Positions 1 to 9,516 of a stretch of 64,000 nt of DNA are shown one piece after another; the stretch's first letter is position 1; each line of letters starts with the position of its first letter. The notes under the pieces were generated by a model. The model was not told where the DNA came from. It ran no database searches and was given only the letters and a program-made list of their open reading frames with translations. The position numbers and the translations under genes were made by a program. The stretch is from assembly GCA_963696805.1 (NCBI GenBank), contig CAVOLF010000006.1, forward strand, positions 375,092 to 439,091, read 5' to 3'. This DNA comes from an uncultured Rikenellaceae bacterium. Its GTDB lineage: Bacteria; Bacteroidota; Bacteroidia; Bacteroidales; VadinHA17.

Positions 1-2084
1 TAACCCTTAAGCTCCTTTATCGGACGGGTAATGCTTCCGACCCTGTCACGGATATACAACTGTACTATTTCATCGGCATCCCACTCACCGCTGTTGGTCA
101 CCCTGGCCTTTACCACTAATGATCCTGTTGTGCTCATTACATTATCAGAAAGGGTGAGATCGCTGTAGGTGAAAGTTGTATAGCTGAGACCATATCCGAA
201 AGGCAGCAGCGGCGTGTAACCATAATCCATAAGCAAGGATTTGTAACCCTCCGAAGCCTGAATGTAATCAATTGGAATACTGTCTATGGGTATCCATGAC
301 ATGGGTAAGGCCGGTCTGCCTGTATTCTTGTGATAATAATAGAACGGTATCTGCCCTGATCCCCTGACAAAAGTGACCGGCAGCTTTCCTGAGGGAGACT
401 CTTTTCCGAAGATGAGGTCTGCCAGTGCCGGGCCTGCCATCGTACCGCCATGCCATGCATAGAGGACGGCGTCCGAATCATTCATCTCATCGCCAATGGC
501 AAGAGGGCGTCCTGCCATCACAACCACGATAAGGGGCTTACCTGTCTTTGACAGCTCAGATATGAGTTCTCTCTGCACCCCGGGCAGGTCAATTTCACCC
601 CGCGAATGAGCCTCACCTGAAAGGACCCTCTCTTCGCCTGCAAAAAAGAGTATTGCGTCAGACTTTGCAGCAGCGGCAATGGCAGCATTAAACTGGGATT
701 TATTCTTATCACGGCTGTACTTCAACCCGCTGACATAGTTGACTTTTTTCTCTCCGAGGACTTCCCTGATGGCTTGCAAAGGGGTGACGGAGTTCTCTCC
801 ACGGCCGTCAAAACACCATGTGCCGAGCTGTTCACGGGGAGCGTCAGCCAGGGGGCCTATCACAGCCACCGAGGAGACATCTGTCCGCAGGGGCAACGTC
901 TTGCCGTCATTCTTCAGCAGTACTGTGCTCTCCCTTGCCACTGTACGGGCATGCTCAAGAAAGACCGGGTCCAGGATTTTCTTTTCAGCTTCAGGGTCGG
1001 CATAAGGATTTTCAAAGAGCCCCAGTTTATACTTTACCCTGAGAATGTTCAATACTGCTTCGTCTATCTCTTTCAGGGTGATCTTTTTCTCTTCAAGCAG
1101 ACTCTTAATATTGTCAGAATAGGCTGTAGTAGCCATCTCCATTTCAACCCCGGCATTTATTGCCTTTGCAGCTGCATCCTTCTCATCGAAGGCATACCCG
1201 TGCTCAACCAGCTCCACCACAGAGCCCCAGTCACTGACAACAAAACCGTCGAATTTCCACTCGTCACGAAGAACAGTGCGGAGGGTAAACTCATTTGCCG
1301 AAGCAGGTACTCCATTCAGGTCATTGAAGGCAGACATGAATGAGAGAGCTCCTGCATCCTTTGCAGCCTTAAAGGGTTTAAGCACTACGTTTCTTAAAAC
1401 CGGTTCTGAAATATAAGTCGTATTGTAATCACGACCCCCTTCAGAGAAGCCGTATCCGGCATAATGCTTGGCACAGGCCGCCAGTGCAGTTGGGTCGGTA
1501 AGGCTGTCGCCCTGTAAACCTTCAACCATTGCCGTGGCCATAGAAGAAACCAGGAAGGGGTCTTCACCGCACCCTTCAGCTATCCTCCCCCAGCGGGGAT
1601 CCCAGGTGATGTCTATCATAGGAGCAAAAGACCATCTTATCCCCTGCGATGAAGCTTCAATGGCAGAAATGCGAAAAGCCTTCCTCACATTTTCCGGGTT
1701 CCACGAAGCTGCCATGCCAAGAGGAATCGGGAAAATCGTGCGGAAACCGTGAATAACATCCCTTCCAATAATGAGGGGTATACCGAGTCTGCTCTCCTCC
1801 AACGCTATGCGCTGTATTTCATTGACCTGCTGCGCCCCAAAAAAATTTAAAAGGGAACCACAGCTGCCTTCCCTTACTGCCTGTTTGAGATGTTCAGGAT
1901 CACTGAAATAACCTATGTCAAGCTGCGACATCTGTCCAATCTTCTCATCAAGGGTCATCTTTGCAAGCATTTTTACTGCCCTTGCATCTGCCTCATCAGT
2001 GATAAAGCCGCCTGTCTTGCAGGAACTACCCACCAATGACAGGAAAACAAAGATTGCTACCAGCGAACGTTTGAATAGATTCAT
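1..2084 (-). CDS. Glycoside hydrolase family 3 beta-glucosidase, lipoprotein; C-terminus cut by the window edge
   Basis: Absent from the supplied ORF track because no stop codon lies in the window. My minus-strand translation from the ATG at 2084-2082 stays open to base 1 (~694 codons). Lipobox signal MNLFKRSLVAIFVFLSLVGSSC. GH3 motifs AKHYAGYG and GFVVSDWG (nucleophile Asp), C-terminal VQLYIRD region. Confidence 0.9.
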   Translation of the reverse strand, partial: MNLFKRSLVAIFVFLSLVGSSCKTGGFITDEADARAVKMLAKMTLDEKIGQMSQLDIGYFSDPEHLKQAVREGSCGSLLNFFGAQQVNEIQRIALEESRLGIPLIIGRDVIHGFRTIFPIPLGMAASWNPENVRKAFRISAIEASSQGIRWSFAPMIDITWDPRWGRIAEGCGEDPFLVSSMATAMVEGLQGDSLTDPTALAACAKHYAGYGFSEGGRDYNTTYISEPVLRNVVLKPFKAAKDAGALSFMSAFNDLNGVPASANEFTLRTVLRDEWKFDGFVVSDWGSVVELVEHGYAFDEKDAAAKAINAGVEMEMATTAYSDNIKSLLEEKKITLKEIDEAVLNILRVKYKLGLFENPYADPEAEKKILDPVFLEHARTVARESTVLLKNDGKTLPLRTDVSSVAVIGPLADAPREQLGTWCFDGRGENSVTPLQAIREVLGEKKVNYVSGLKYSRDKNKSQFNAAIAAAAKSDAILFFAGEERVLSGEAHSRGEIDLPGVQRELISELSKTGKPLIVVVMAGRPLAIGDEMNDSDAVLYAWHGGTMAGPALADLIFGKESPSGKLPVTFVRGSGQIPFYYYHKNTGRPALPMSWIPIDSIPIDYIQASEGYKSLLMDYGYTPLLPFGYGLSYTTFTYSDLTLSDNVMSTTGSLVVKARVTNSGEWDADEIVQLYIRDRVGSITRPIKELKG

Positions 2085-2176
2085 TTATTTATTTCTTATA
2101 GTTACTTTCTTATTGGTGCCGGATAAAACAATAATTAGCTGCATCGACTTCCCCGGGCACAAATGAAATGATGCGG

Positions 2177-2208
2177 CAAATTTAATTATTTATGGATAAA
2201 CCCGGCAA
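2177..2208 (-). promoter_or_regulatory. Candidate Bacteroidota sigma-A promoter for the GH3 gene
   Basis: Plus-strand CAAATTTA at 2177-2184 is the reverse complement of TAaaTTTG (the -7 box TAnnTTTG). A TTG (-33) lies about 21 nt upstream at 2206-2208, and the box sits about 93 nt before the ATG at 2084. Confidence 0.4.
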
Positions 2209-2292
2209 CAGGAAGCCAATGATCGGCTGAGCACAAATGCAAGTCTTGACGGCGCTGCAACAAGCAGATGCCGGGATGGTATATAAAGGATT

Positions 2293-5200
2293 TCAGGAAT
2301 GCAGCCTGACTGAAACTTTTAGTTGCTTTATTTCTCCGATGCGGTTGAAGATCAGGTTACTGGTGTTGATGTCCACGGTATCACCCTTGATTCGCAAAAC
2401 ATCATCCCCGTGTAACACCACCTCAATTTCCTGCCGGTCAGCCACCGAATAAACAACTGGCACCTGACAAAGAGTAAACGCAAGTTGGTTGGCAGACAGG
2501 TGAATATGCCCGGTTGAGTCATCGATGGCCAGATAGGTGAAGTGATCATCGCGGTTAAGGAATTCCTCAGTATCGAGGAGTGATGTATCAAATTGAACCT
2601 TTCCTGCTTCAATCCTGACACCGAGCTCCCTCATCCTGGAAATAACATCCTCCTTTACCTGTCCTGTCATTCCCGGTTGTTTGGCGCCTGAATTCCCGGG
2701 AGTATGAGAATAGGCATCTGTGGGAAATGCCCCGTACAATCCGGGGGACTTATACATTCCAATACCGGCTTTGATGTCAAAATAGTGTTCTCTCAATTGA
2801 GCAGAAAGCCCTCTTTCCACACCTTCATCCATAGCCCGTAAAAAACATTCCTGAACTGCAAGCAGAAGTTTGGAAACCATGTGCCAGTAGATACTGCCTA
2901 AACCTTCATAAGCATAGAATGTCCCTGATCTTCCGGTAAATGACTGATGATCAAATATTTCCTCATAAATATTCAGAATCAATGATTTCTCCTTATCCAC
3001 CAATTGCCCATACTTCTCATCATCAAGTGATTCCAGCGCTGACTCCAGCACCCCGGCATTTCTGAAACTTCCATGGAAATGAAGGCCCCCCGTGTTGTCG
3101 CGGCTTACGATAGAAGTCTCTTTGTCAGCAATTAACCTGGTCAGGAGTTCTGATCCTTTGACTCTGCCTGCTGGAATATTGTTCTTCTCTGTAAACCACG
3201 GCAATCGCCTGTCCGGATATAACATATAGCTGTATTGGTCAGCCCTGAAGAGGTCGGAATGTTTAAGTGCGTTTAGCACTTCAAGAGATTCGGCAGACGA
3301 AAGATAACCGGAACTGAGTACTGCTACCTGTCCTTCAAGCATCTCATATAAGTGGCGGATGCTAATGGTGCCATTGTCAAAGGTAACCAGGTTGTAGGCG
3401 TGGTACAATCCGTCAGAGCGTTTATTCTTTCTTATTGACTGATCAATATAATCAAGTGACAGCGCCAGGAATTGAACCAGGTGATCCGTACCTACGCTGG
3501 TTTTCTCACCTGAAAAGCAATTAGTGTATATCGATTGACGATAAACTGTGCCAGCTTCGCCCAGGGTATCGGTGAAACTCCTGCGTTCCCGGTCTGAAAA
3601 TCCCGTTTTAAGCAGATGTGCCTTCCCGCTAAAGAGACTGAAAATTTCATCGTAAAGCTCTTTTACTTCTACGGAAACAACTGCGGAAGCAAAGCCGGAC
3701 CGATTAAAAACCTTGTGCCAGAAACTCATAAATCTTCGCAGGTAGTACAGGGTTACCATTGATGCACCGTTACCTACAAGGGCATTATTGGCATCGTTCC
3801 ATTCAGGCCTTTGAGTATTCAGCCATATACCTGCCTCGGGAATAAAATTAATAAGCTTTGCAAGAAGAATGACAAGGATCTTTTCAGTGAAGTTTACATG
3901 GTAAACCGTCTCATCATCAAGACTTAATAGACGGCCGTCGGAGCCAATCCCTGCAACATGATCGTTGATCACTTTATTCAGTTCCTTATCGAATACTATG
4001 GTATTTTTTGGGTCACTGACAATGTCAGTATAGGATTTGATACGGTAAGGGACATTGGCATAGGCATATACCTCTTTTGCCAGCATCTGGTCTATTTTAC
4101 CGGGATGATAATTGTCCGACAATTCCAAAAGTTTTTGCAGGTAAATAATCTGATGATCGCCCCAGTAACCTATGTACGACCATGGATCATCAGGATCCGG
4201 ACATTCCCAGTCAATGCCATTCCGGGTGATGCGATAGGGATTATAGCCATCTGCTGTGGTAGCATTTACGAATTTGCTGATGATGTTTTCAATGAATCCG
4301 GGAAACGAGATACTTAACGCCTCCCAGTTTTGAAATATGTCACGCCAGTTCCCCTGGAAATCAAATTTCGGAGAGCCATCTTCATTCCTGTCAATCGAGA
4401 ACTGATTCCACGGTCGGCTGGGATCACCATGCCGGCGACTGAAAGTCAGTGGCAGGTATTCGTTGCAGTAACGAATTAAATTGCTGTTGCTGCTTTGCCC
4501 GGCCAGCAGGAGCAGATCCTGCAGGGAAATTTCGTCGCCTGCTTTTGCAAGGAGAGCTTCTGCTTCAGGCTTAGCTCTTTTGTTTGTATCACTTATATAT
4601 CGCTTAAGGTCATCGACTTCAATCGTGTAATTATTCAGATATATGCCTCCTCGCATTATGTTGAAGAGAACATTTGAGAAATGCCGGGCAGTACACAATT
4701 CATCTCTGGTTTTCTGCAAGCCATCCGCCGATGCTACAAAGGAGACAAGTTTGCCGGTGCCTTTTTTAATATCAGCATTGATCAGCTCAAAGAAGTTGTT
4801 GTCAACTCCCAGGAAATGATTAAGATTGGCCACATCGGTCGTACTCTGGTCAACTTCACATACAAAAAACCATTCATGTGCTTTCTGACCGGGCAGAAAG
4901 AGGTCAGTATTTATAAAATAAGCTCCGCGTGAAGCCCGGATATCTGTTTCGGTCTGAAGCGGAGATCCCGTCACAAACTTCCCCAGTTGCTTGTCGGAGA
5001 TAAGAATCCTGCTGTCAGCCAGGCCAAATGACCATACAGTTGTGGCGTTTAGTGATTCGCTCGGTTCTGCTTTATCTACCGGTATTGAACTCAGCATGAA
5101 CAAGCCAAGCTTAGTCTCCTCTGTGAGTTCACTCTTTTTATATCCGTCAAGCAGGTTGCTGTATTCATTCTGAAAACTATAATCGACACCACCAGGGAGA

Positions 5201-5751
5201 ATATTACGTATGCCATCAAGCACTAAGGCTGTGACCGGTTCTTCCCTTAAATTCACAAGCCTTGATCTCTTTACAAATCCATATTTGTCACTGGTGTACC
5301 ATCCGTATTGAAATTCGAGGCCTAAATCAAGATTCCTTTCCTGAAATATAATTTTGTTACCGTAGATGCTTTTAAGGAGGTTTCGGTCTGTCCGGTATAT
5401 ATTCGCCAGTTCTTTGGAAAAGGGCTGCCACAGAAAGGTCTGACCCTCTCTTTGAACCAGGATAACGGTTTTGCTTCCCGTCAGATCGTAATAGTCATTG
5501 ATTTTATCATCTGTATAGTAGGGGAAAAGAGCATGATCGCGGTCTTTTCTGCCTGCTGACAATGAACCGTTACTGGAGATGAACAACCACTGATCGGAAT
5601 CACTGACAATGGTCATGAAGAAATCCGGCATCTGATCATAGTGCTCAATCCGGTAGAACTTCTCCCCGTCAATCTCCAAAAAATCTCCCTGAACTTGATT
5701 ATCTGATTGTTTCAGGACTGTCTGGCCCAGTTGTATCTTCTCTATGTTCAT
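2293..5751 (-). CDS. Large cytoplasmic protein, candidate beta-1,3-glucan (laminaridextrin) phosphorylase of GH149/GH161 type
   Basis: 1,152-aa ORF with no signal peptide or TM segment. Its size matches the ~1,000-1,200-aa GH149/GH161 phosphorylases, and it is embedded between GH3/GH17/GH30/GH16 and an MFS importer. The assignment rests on size and context, not on an alignment. Confidence 0.5.
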   Translation of the reverse strand: MNIEKIQLGQTVLKQSDNQVQGDFLEIDGEKFYRIEHYDQMPDFFMTIVSDSDQWLFISSNGSLSAGRKDRDHALFPYYTDDKINDYYDLTGSKTVILVQREGQTFLWQPFSKELANIYRTDRNLLKSIYGNKIIFQERNLDLGLEFQYGWYTSDKYGFVKRSRLVNLREEPVTALVLDGIRNILPGGVDYSFQNEYSNLLDGYKKSELTEETKLGLFMLSSIPVDKAEPSESLNATTVWSFGLADSRILISDKQLGKFVTGSPLQTETDIRASRGAYFINTDLFLPGQKAHEWFFVCEVDQSTTDVANLNHFLGVDNNFFELINADIKKGTGKLVSFVASADGLQKTRDELCTARHFSNVLFNIMRGGIYLNNYTIEVDDLKRYISDTNKRAKPEAEALLAKAGDEISLQDLLLLAGQSSNSNLIRYCNEYLPLTFSRRHGDPSRPWNQFSIDRNEDGSPKFDFQGNWRDIFQNWEALSISFPGFIENIISKFVNATTADGYNPYRITRNGIDWECPDPDDPWSYIGYWGDHQIIYLQKLLELSDNYHPGKIDQMLAKEVYAYANVPYRIKSYTDIVSDPKNTIVFDKELNKVINDHVAGIGSDGRLLSLDDETVYHVNFTEKILVILLAKLINFIPEAGIWLNTQRPEWNDANNALVGNGASMVTLYYLRRFMSFWHKVFNRSGFASAVVSVEVKELYDEIFSLFSGKAHLLKTGFSDRERRSFTDTLGEAGTVYRQSIYTNCFSGEKTSVGTDHLVQFLALSLDYIDQSIRKNKRSDGLYHAYNLVTFDNGTISIRHLYEMLEGQVAVLSSGYLSSAESLEVLNALKHSDLFRADQYSYMLYPDRRLPWFTEKNNIPAGRVKGSELLTRLIADKETSIVSRDNTGGLHFHGSFRNAGVLESALESLDDEKYGQLVDKEKSLILNIYEEIFDHQSFTGRSGTFYAYEGLGSIYWHMVSKLLLAVQECFLRAMDEGVERGLSAQLREHYFDIKAGIGMYKSPGLYGAFPTDAYSHTPGNSGAKQPGMTGQVKEDVISRMRELGVRIEAGKVQFDTSLLDTEEFLNRDDHFTYLAIDDSTGHIHLSANQLAFTLCQVPVVYSVADRQEIEVVLHGDDVLRIKGDTVDINTSNLIFNRIGEIKQLKVSVRLHS

Positions 5752-6745
5752 GATGTCTCAGGTAATTGATAAAGGATATTTTCGGCTGACGGCTTTCATA
5801 AAATACGCCCCAGTGCTTTTCCACTTCATCCGGTTCTGAATTTTCTCCTCCGCCCTTCCATGGTTCATCAAATGCTTCAAACAGAAATGTGTTAACCCGG
5901 GTTTTGGTAATCCAGTTGTGCAGATGGATCAGATAGTATTCCTGGGCAGCCATGTCAACGGTGCCTTTAATTAATGAGGCCTGCTCTCCGGGCCCGGTCT
6001 TGCGTGTATTGTAATTCGTTGCCCAGCCTGCCTCGCCTATTACAGTTTCTTTATCAGGATGCATCACCCTGACCTCCTGAAAATATATCCTATCCATCCA
6101 TTCGATGGCATTTTCCAGAGTTATGCCATTCCACATTGAATAAAGATGTGTAACAATAAAGTCTATTTCATCCGCAACCTTTTTGCTGTCAAATGTAATC
6201 CAGAAACTGTAATCATCAGCGGTAGTCACAGGGGCATTTGTGTTATTTCTGACAAGCCTGATGTATTTGATTAAATCCTGCTGATCCATTCTGTGAGCTG
6301 ACCAGGTTACCTGCGTCTCATTTCCCACACAAACGGCAGCAATCAGGTCCGTATACTCATTAGCCAGGTTGATTCCCTGAATGGCCTGGGCAATGTTTTC
6401 CTCTTTCCTTTCCGGGTGCCCGGTTTCATTTTCAAGCCACACCCCGAGCATTACCTTTACAGGGAGATGCTTTCTTCTTATAATCTCTAGTATTCTTGCG
6501 GAGTCTCCATCGGAACTGTACAGCCGGATCAAATTCCAGTGACGCAGTATTATTTGCAGGTCTTCCTCAATTTCAGCAACAGAAGGGCCTTTAATTCCCG
6601 GAGCCTGACCGCTCCGGTAACATCCATAGGATACTGCTTCACCTACCCATTTGCCATTCAGAAGGGGCTCGAATCTGCGAATTACAAAGGGATACTGTCT
6701 GACAACAGAGGATCCCGACTTATCAACCTGAGAGTTCTTCTTCAT
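5699..6745 (-). CDS. Glycoside hydrolase family 17 (beta-1,3-glucanase/transglycosylase-like), no signal peptide
   Basis: 348 aa. Clan GH-A/GH17 motifs CVGNETQV (acid/base Glu) and IGEAGWAT (nucleophile Glu, cf. ETGWP). The N-terminus MKKNSQVDKSGSSVVRQ is not signal-like. The 3' end overlaps the downstream gene start by 53 nt. Confidence 0.8.
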   Translation of the reverse strand: MKKNSQVDKSGSSVVRQYPFVIRRFEPLLNGKWVGEAVSYGCYRSGQAPGIKGPSVAEIEEDLQIILRHWNLIRLYSSDGDSARILEIIRRKHLPVKVMLGVWLENETGHPERKEENIAQAIQGINLANEYTDLIAAVCVGNETQVTWSAHRMDQQDLIKYIRLVRNNTNAPVTTADDYSFWITFDSKKVADEIDFIVTHLYSMWNGITLENAIEWMDRIYFQEVRVMHPDKETVIGEAGWATNYNTRKTGPGEQASLIKGTVDMAAQEYYLIHLHNWITKTRVNTFLFEAFDEPWKGGGENSEPDEVEKHWGVFYESRQPKISFINYLRHHEHREDTTGPDSPETIR

Positions 6746-6771
6746 GCAAAAAGGATCTTATGGAAATGACA

Positions 6772-8442
6772 TTAAAGCTGCACGCGCACCGTCTGAACAG
6801 AGTTGGCAACAATCGTCATGTCAGCATACTGATCCTTTATCTGAAGTTTATATGAAATATCTTTCTTCGTCGTATTCAACAGCTGCACACTCAGAACATC
6901 TTCACTGTTAATTGTTGCACAAACATGCAAATCATCTTCTCCGGGTCCCTCAAGCGTTTTGGAGGTCTGAACTGCTCTGTCTCCCGGCCTGATTGTCTTA
7001 CTGAACTGGGCCAGCACGTAAAATACAGGCGTATAGTAAATATGCCCTGTTGCAGTATTTATCATGACGGGGGCACCGCAATAATTACCTACGTGATTTG
7101 GTCCGCCGACATGATCAAGGACAACATTCCAGTCAATCCAGCCTGTCAGCCAATGGTCAATGCTGACGATGATATTTCTTGCATAGCGGTGGACAGGGGT
7201 ATAGACCGGATGGTCTTGGCTTTTTACACCTTCCCAGGTGGCTGAGTATGCCCAATCTGTAGCATTGTCATTCCACCAGAATGAATCATTGTCAAACCAG
7301 TCCTTCTCCATGTAACGTTCCGGATCGGTAATTCCCTGAGGAGCCGGTTTGCCAAGATCATCGATACAACCTTCTGTATGAATGATCTTATTATCCGGGA
7401 ATTTTGCATTGACTCTTTCGAATACGTCTTCGTATACTTTAAAGGTACTTTCATACCAGTGGACCGCCGTGCCATATACATACCCGGATGTTTGACCATC
7501 GGTCAAAATCAGGTCTGTCCATTGTTCGATTCCATCCCTGTTCTGATCATAAATAAGCAATCTGACACTGGCGTTGTCGCCTGACTTCAGTTTCGGCCCA
7601 AGGTATTTTTTTATAAACTCATTCTGTGTCTGAGGTGTGAAATTCATGCTTTCCCATTGACCGTTGTTGCCATGCGGCTCATTGACAGGTGTAATCGCCC
7701 ATATATCAACACCTTCAGACCTGTATTCATTGAGATATCTTATAAGATAGTCAGCGTATGTATTTTCATACTCCTTCTTAAGGCTGCCGCCAGTACCCTG
7801 GTAGTTGTTTTCAGCTGATCCTGTTATGTACCACTCTTCAATATCCTTCATCCATGAAGGGGCAGTCCATGCAGATGCTACTATCCTCAACTCATTATCC
7901 TTCTGTTGGTTCTTAATCTCAATCGCTTCCCTGATCATGGGCAAGAGATCGTAGTTTTCATCCTTAATACCTGGAAAATCAGTTACACTAAATCCCTTAT
8001 TGTCGGGGGCAACACTGAAAGACTCCAGTTTGATGTCTCCCTCTCTGTCGAGGTAGGAATATTTTCCGTTAACAGTAAAGTCACAGGCTCCAATGTGAGT
8101 CCTTGTAAGTGAAAAGTTGGCTCCGTCTTCACTGAAGAGCTTACGCATAACCTCTTTGCGATCAACCGGGTCTATATGTGCGAGTACAAAAGCAGAGGAT
8201 TCAGTGAATGATGATCCTATACCGTCCATCGTCTGCTTCACACTATCGGGTTCTATCCTGATTATGGTCCCCTCGGGTTCCCCCCTGACAAACCCCACAT
8301 TTTCTTTTACGGCAATTTTGTCACCGCTCTCTGAAGTGACGTAAATCTCCTTTGTGGATAACATATTTGTTTTTGTATCGCAAGATTGAATAATAGCCGC
8401 AAAGATAAACAGCAGTGAAATTGAGAAGATTTTTTGTTTCAT
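6772..8442 (-). CDS. Glycoside hydrolase family 30 (beta-1,6-glucanase/glucosylceramidase-like) lipoprotein
   Basis: GH30 motifs ITPVNEPHG (acid/base) and IIHTEGC (nucleophile). I prefer the internal ATG at 8442, which gives the lipobox signal MKQKIFSISLLFIFAAIIQSC. The track ORF extends to 8484. Confidence 0.85.
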   Translation of the reverse strand: MKQKIFSISLLFIFAAIIQSCDTKTNMLSTKEIYVTSESGDKIAVKENVGFVRGEPEGTIIRIEPDSVKQTMDGIGSSFTESSAFVLAHIDPVDRKEVMRKLFSEDGANFSLTRTHIGACDFTVNGKYSYLDREGDIKLESFSVAPDNKGFSVTDFPGIKDENYDLLPMIREAIEIKNQQKDNELRIVASAWTAPSWMKDIEEWYITGSAENNYQGTGGSLKKEYENTYADYLIRYLNEYRSEGVDIWAITPVNEPHGNNGQWESMNFTPQTQNEFIKKYLGPKLKSGDNASVRLLIYDQNRDGIEQWTDLILTDGQTSGYVYGTAVHWYESTFKVYEDVFERVNAKFPDNKIIHTEGCIDDLGKPAPQGITDPERYMEKDWFDNDSFWWNDNATDWAYSATWEGVKSQDHPVYTPVHRYARNIIVSIDHWLTGWIDWNVVLDHVGGPNHVGNYCGAPVMINTATGHIYYTPVFYVLAQFSKTIRPGDRAVQTSKTLEGPGEDDLHVCATINSEDVLSVQLLNTTKKDISYKLQIKDQYADMTIVANSVQTVRVQL

Positions 8443-8489
8443 AATTGTGGTTTTGAAAGTCTTTTTGAGCAAAATCCAGATCACTGAGA

Positions 8490-9377
8490 TCAGGAGTATT
8501 TCAGGTTACCGTCCTTATCCCATAAACCCCAGAAAGCACCCACATCTCCCTCTTTTTCAATCTTCCAGGCTTCATCAAAGCTTGAAAAATACATTATCTC
8601 AATATTCTCCTCCAGGCTCCATTTCTGAGTATTTATGAAATACCGCAGAGCATTGTCGGTTGACGGTTCGGATGCCTCAAAGGCTATACCCATATTTGGC
8701 CATCCGGTCTCACTGATAACCACTCTTTTACCCCTGGCAGCCTGAAGCACACTGAAGTACATGTTTTTCATATAGACCAGTGAATAATCTATATGGCAGC
8801 CTTCCCAGAAGGGATAGCAATTGGTAAACAGTACATCACATGCATCGGTAATCGCCGGCCGGTTGACAAATTCGTAATAGGCATCAACATACCCCACACT
8901 TGCCTCAGGCACCTGTTGCTTAACCCTTTGAATGTATTCCAGTAATTCCTGCTCCGTCAGTTCCTCACGATAAAGAACCTCATTTCCAACAGCAACGAGA
9001 TCTGTATTCCCTTCTTTCACAACCCTTACCAGGTTTTCAATCTCAACTTCGTTATGCTCCTTATCATCACTCAACCATGCCCCTGCCATTACCTTCAGGC
9101 CATTTTCCTTTGCAATCCGAGGAATTAGTTCATGCCCGTCAGTACATGAGAATGTTCTTATCCAGGAAGTATATGGTTTTATTATTTCTATTCTTTGCCT
9201 TATCTGTTCCTCGCTGATAATGCTACCGGGCGACTGTCCCTCAACGTATGAGCTGAAACAAAGACCATGCATTCCATTCTCAAGGTATTTTCTGAACAGT
9301 TTTATTAAGTCGGCAGTTGATTTGTTACTAAAGTCTTCTCCTGTGAGAGACAAAAGTTTTTCGCTTCTGAATGACAT
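8490..9377 (-). CDS. Glycoside hydrolase family 17, second paralogue, no signal peptide
   Basis: 295 aa. Motifs VAVGNEVLY and ISETGWPN (the canonical GH17 nucleophile motif). The hydrophilic N-terminus MSFRSEKLLSLTGEDF suggests a cytoplasmic location. Confidence 0.85.
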   Translation of the reverse strand: MSFRSEKLLSLTGEDFSNKSTADLIKLFRKYLENGMHGLCFSSYVEGQSPGSIISEEQIRQRIEIIKPYTSWIRTFSCTDGHELIPRIAKENGLKVMAGAWLSDDKEHNEVEIENLVRVVKEGNTDLVAVGNEVLYREELTEQELLEYIQRVKQQVPEASVGYVDAYYEFVNRPAITDACDVLFTNCYPFWEGCHIDYSLVYMKNMYFSVLQAARGKRVVISETGWPNMGIAFEASEPSTDNALRYFINTQKWSLEENIEIMYFSSFDEAWKIEKEGDVGAFWGLWDKDGNLKYS

Positions 9378-9516
9378 ACGATTTGATTTTATCTTTTAAC
9401 CTGTTGACTAATGGTAAATTCTATCTTATATGCTTTGTTGCTGCACCGGAAAATTTTATTTCCGAAGTATAAGGCTGACGAATATAGTCAGTATAAACAG
9501 ATCCTGCAAAACGCAA

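Noticed and set aside
268-2166. Seven short track ORFs (62-189 aa) covering the first 2 kb.
   Set aside because: All lie inside or antisense to the uninterrupted GH3 reading frame. Their translations are low-complexity (Arg/Ser/Cys/Pro-rich) and carry no motifs.
5699-5751. 53-nt overlap between the GH17 stop and the phosphorylase start, as possible programmed frameshifting or a fusion.
   Set aside because: There is no slippery heptamer or downstream structure. Ordinary overlap or translational coupling, or a slightly later phosphorylase start, explains it. The overlap is noted under the GH17 finding.
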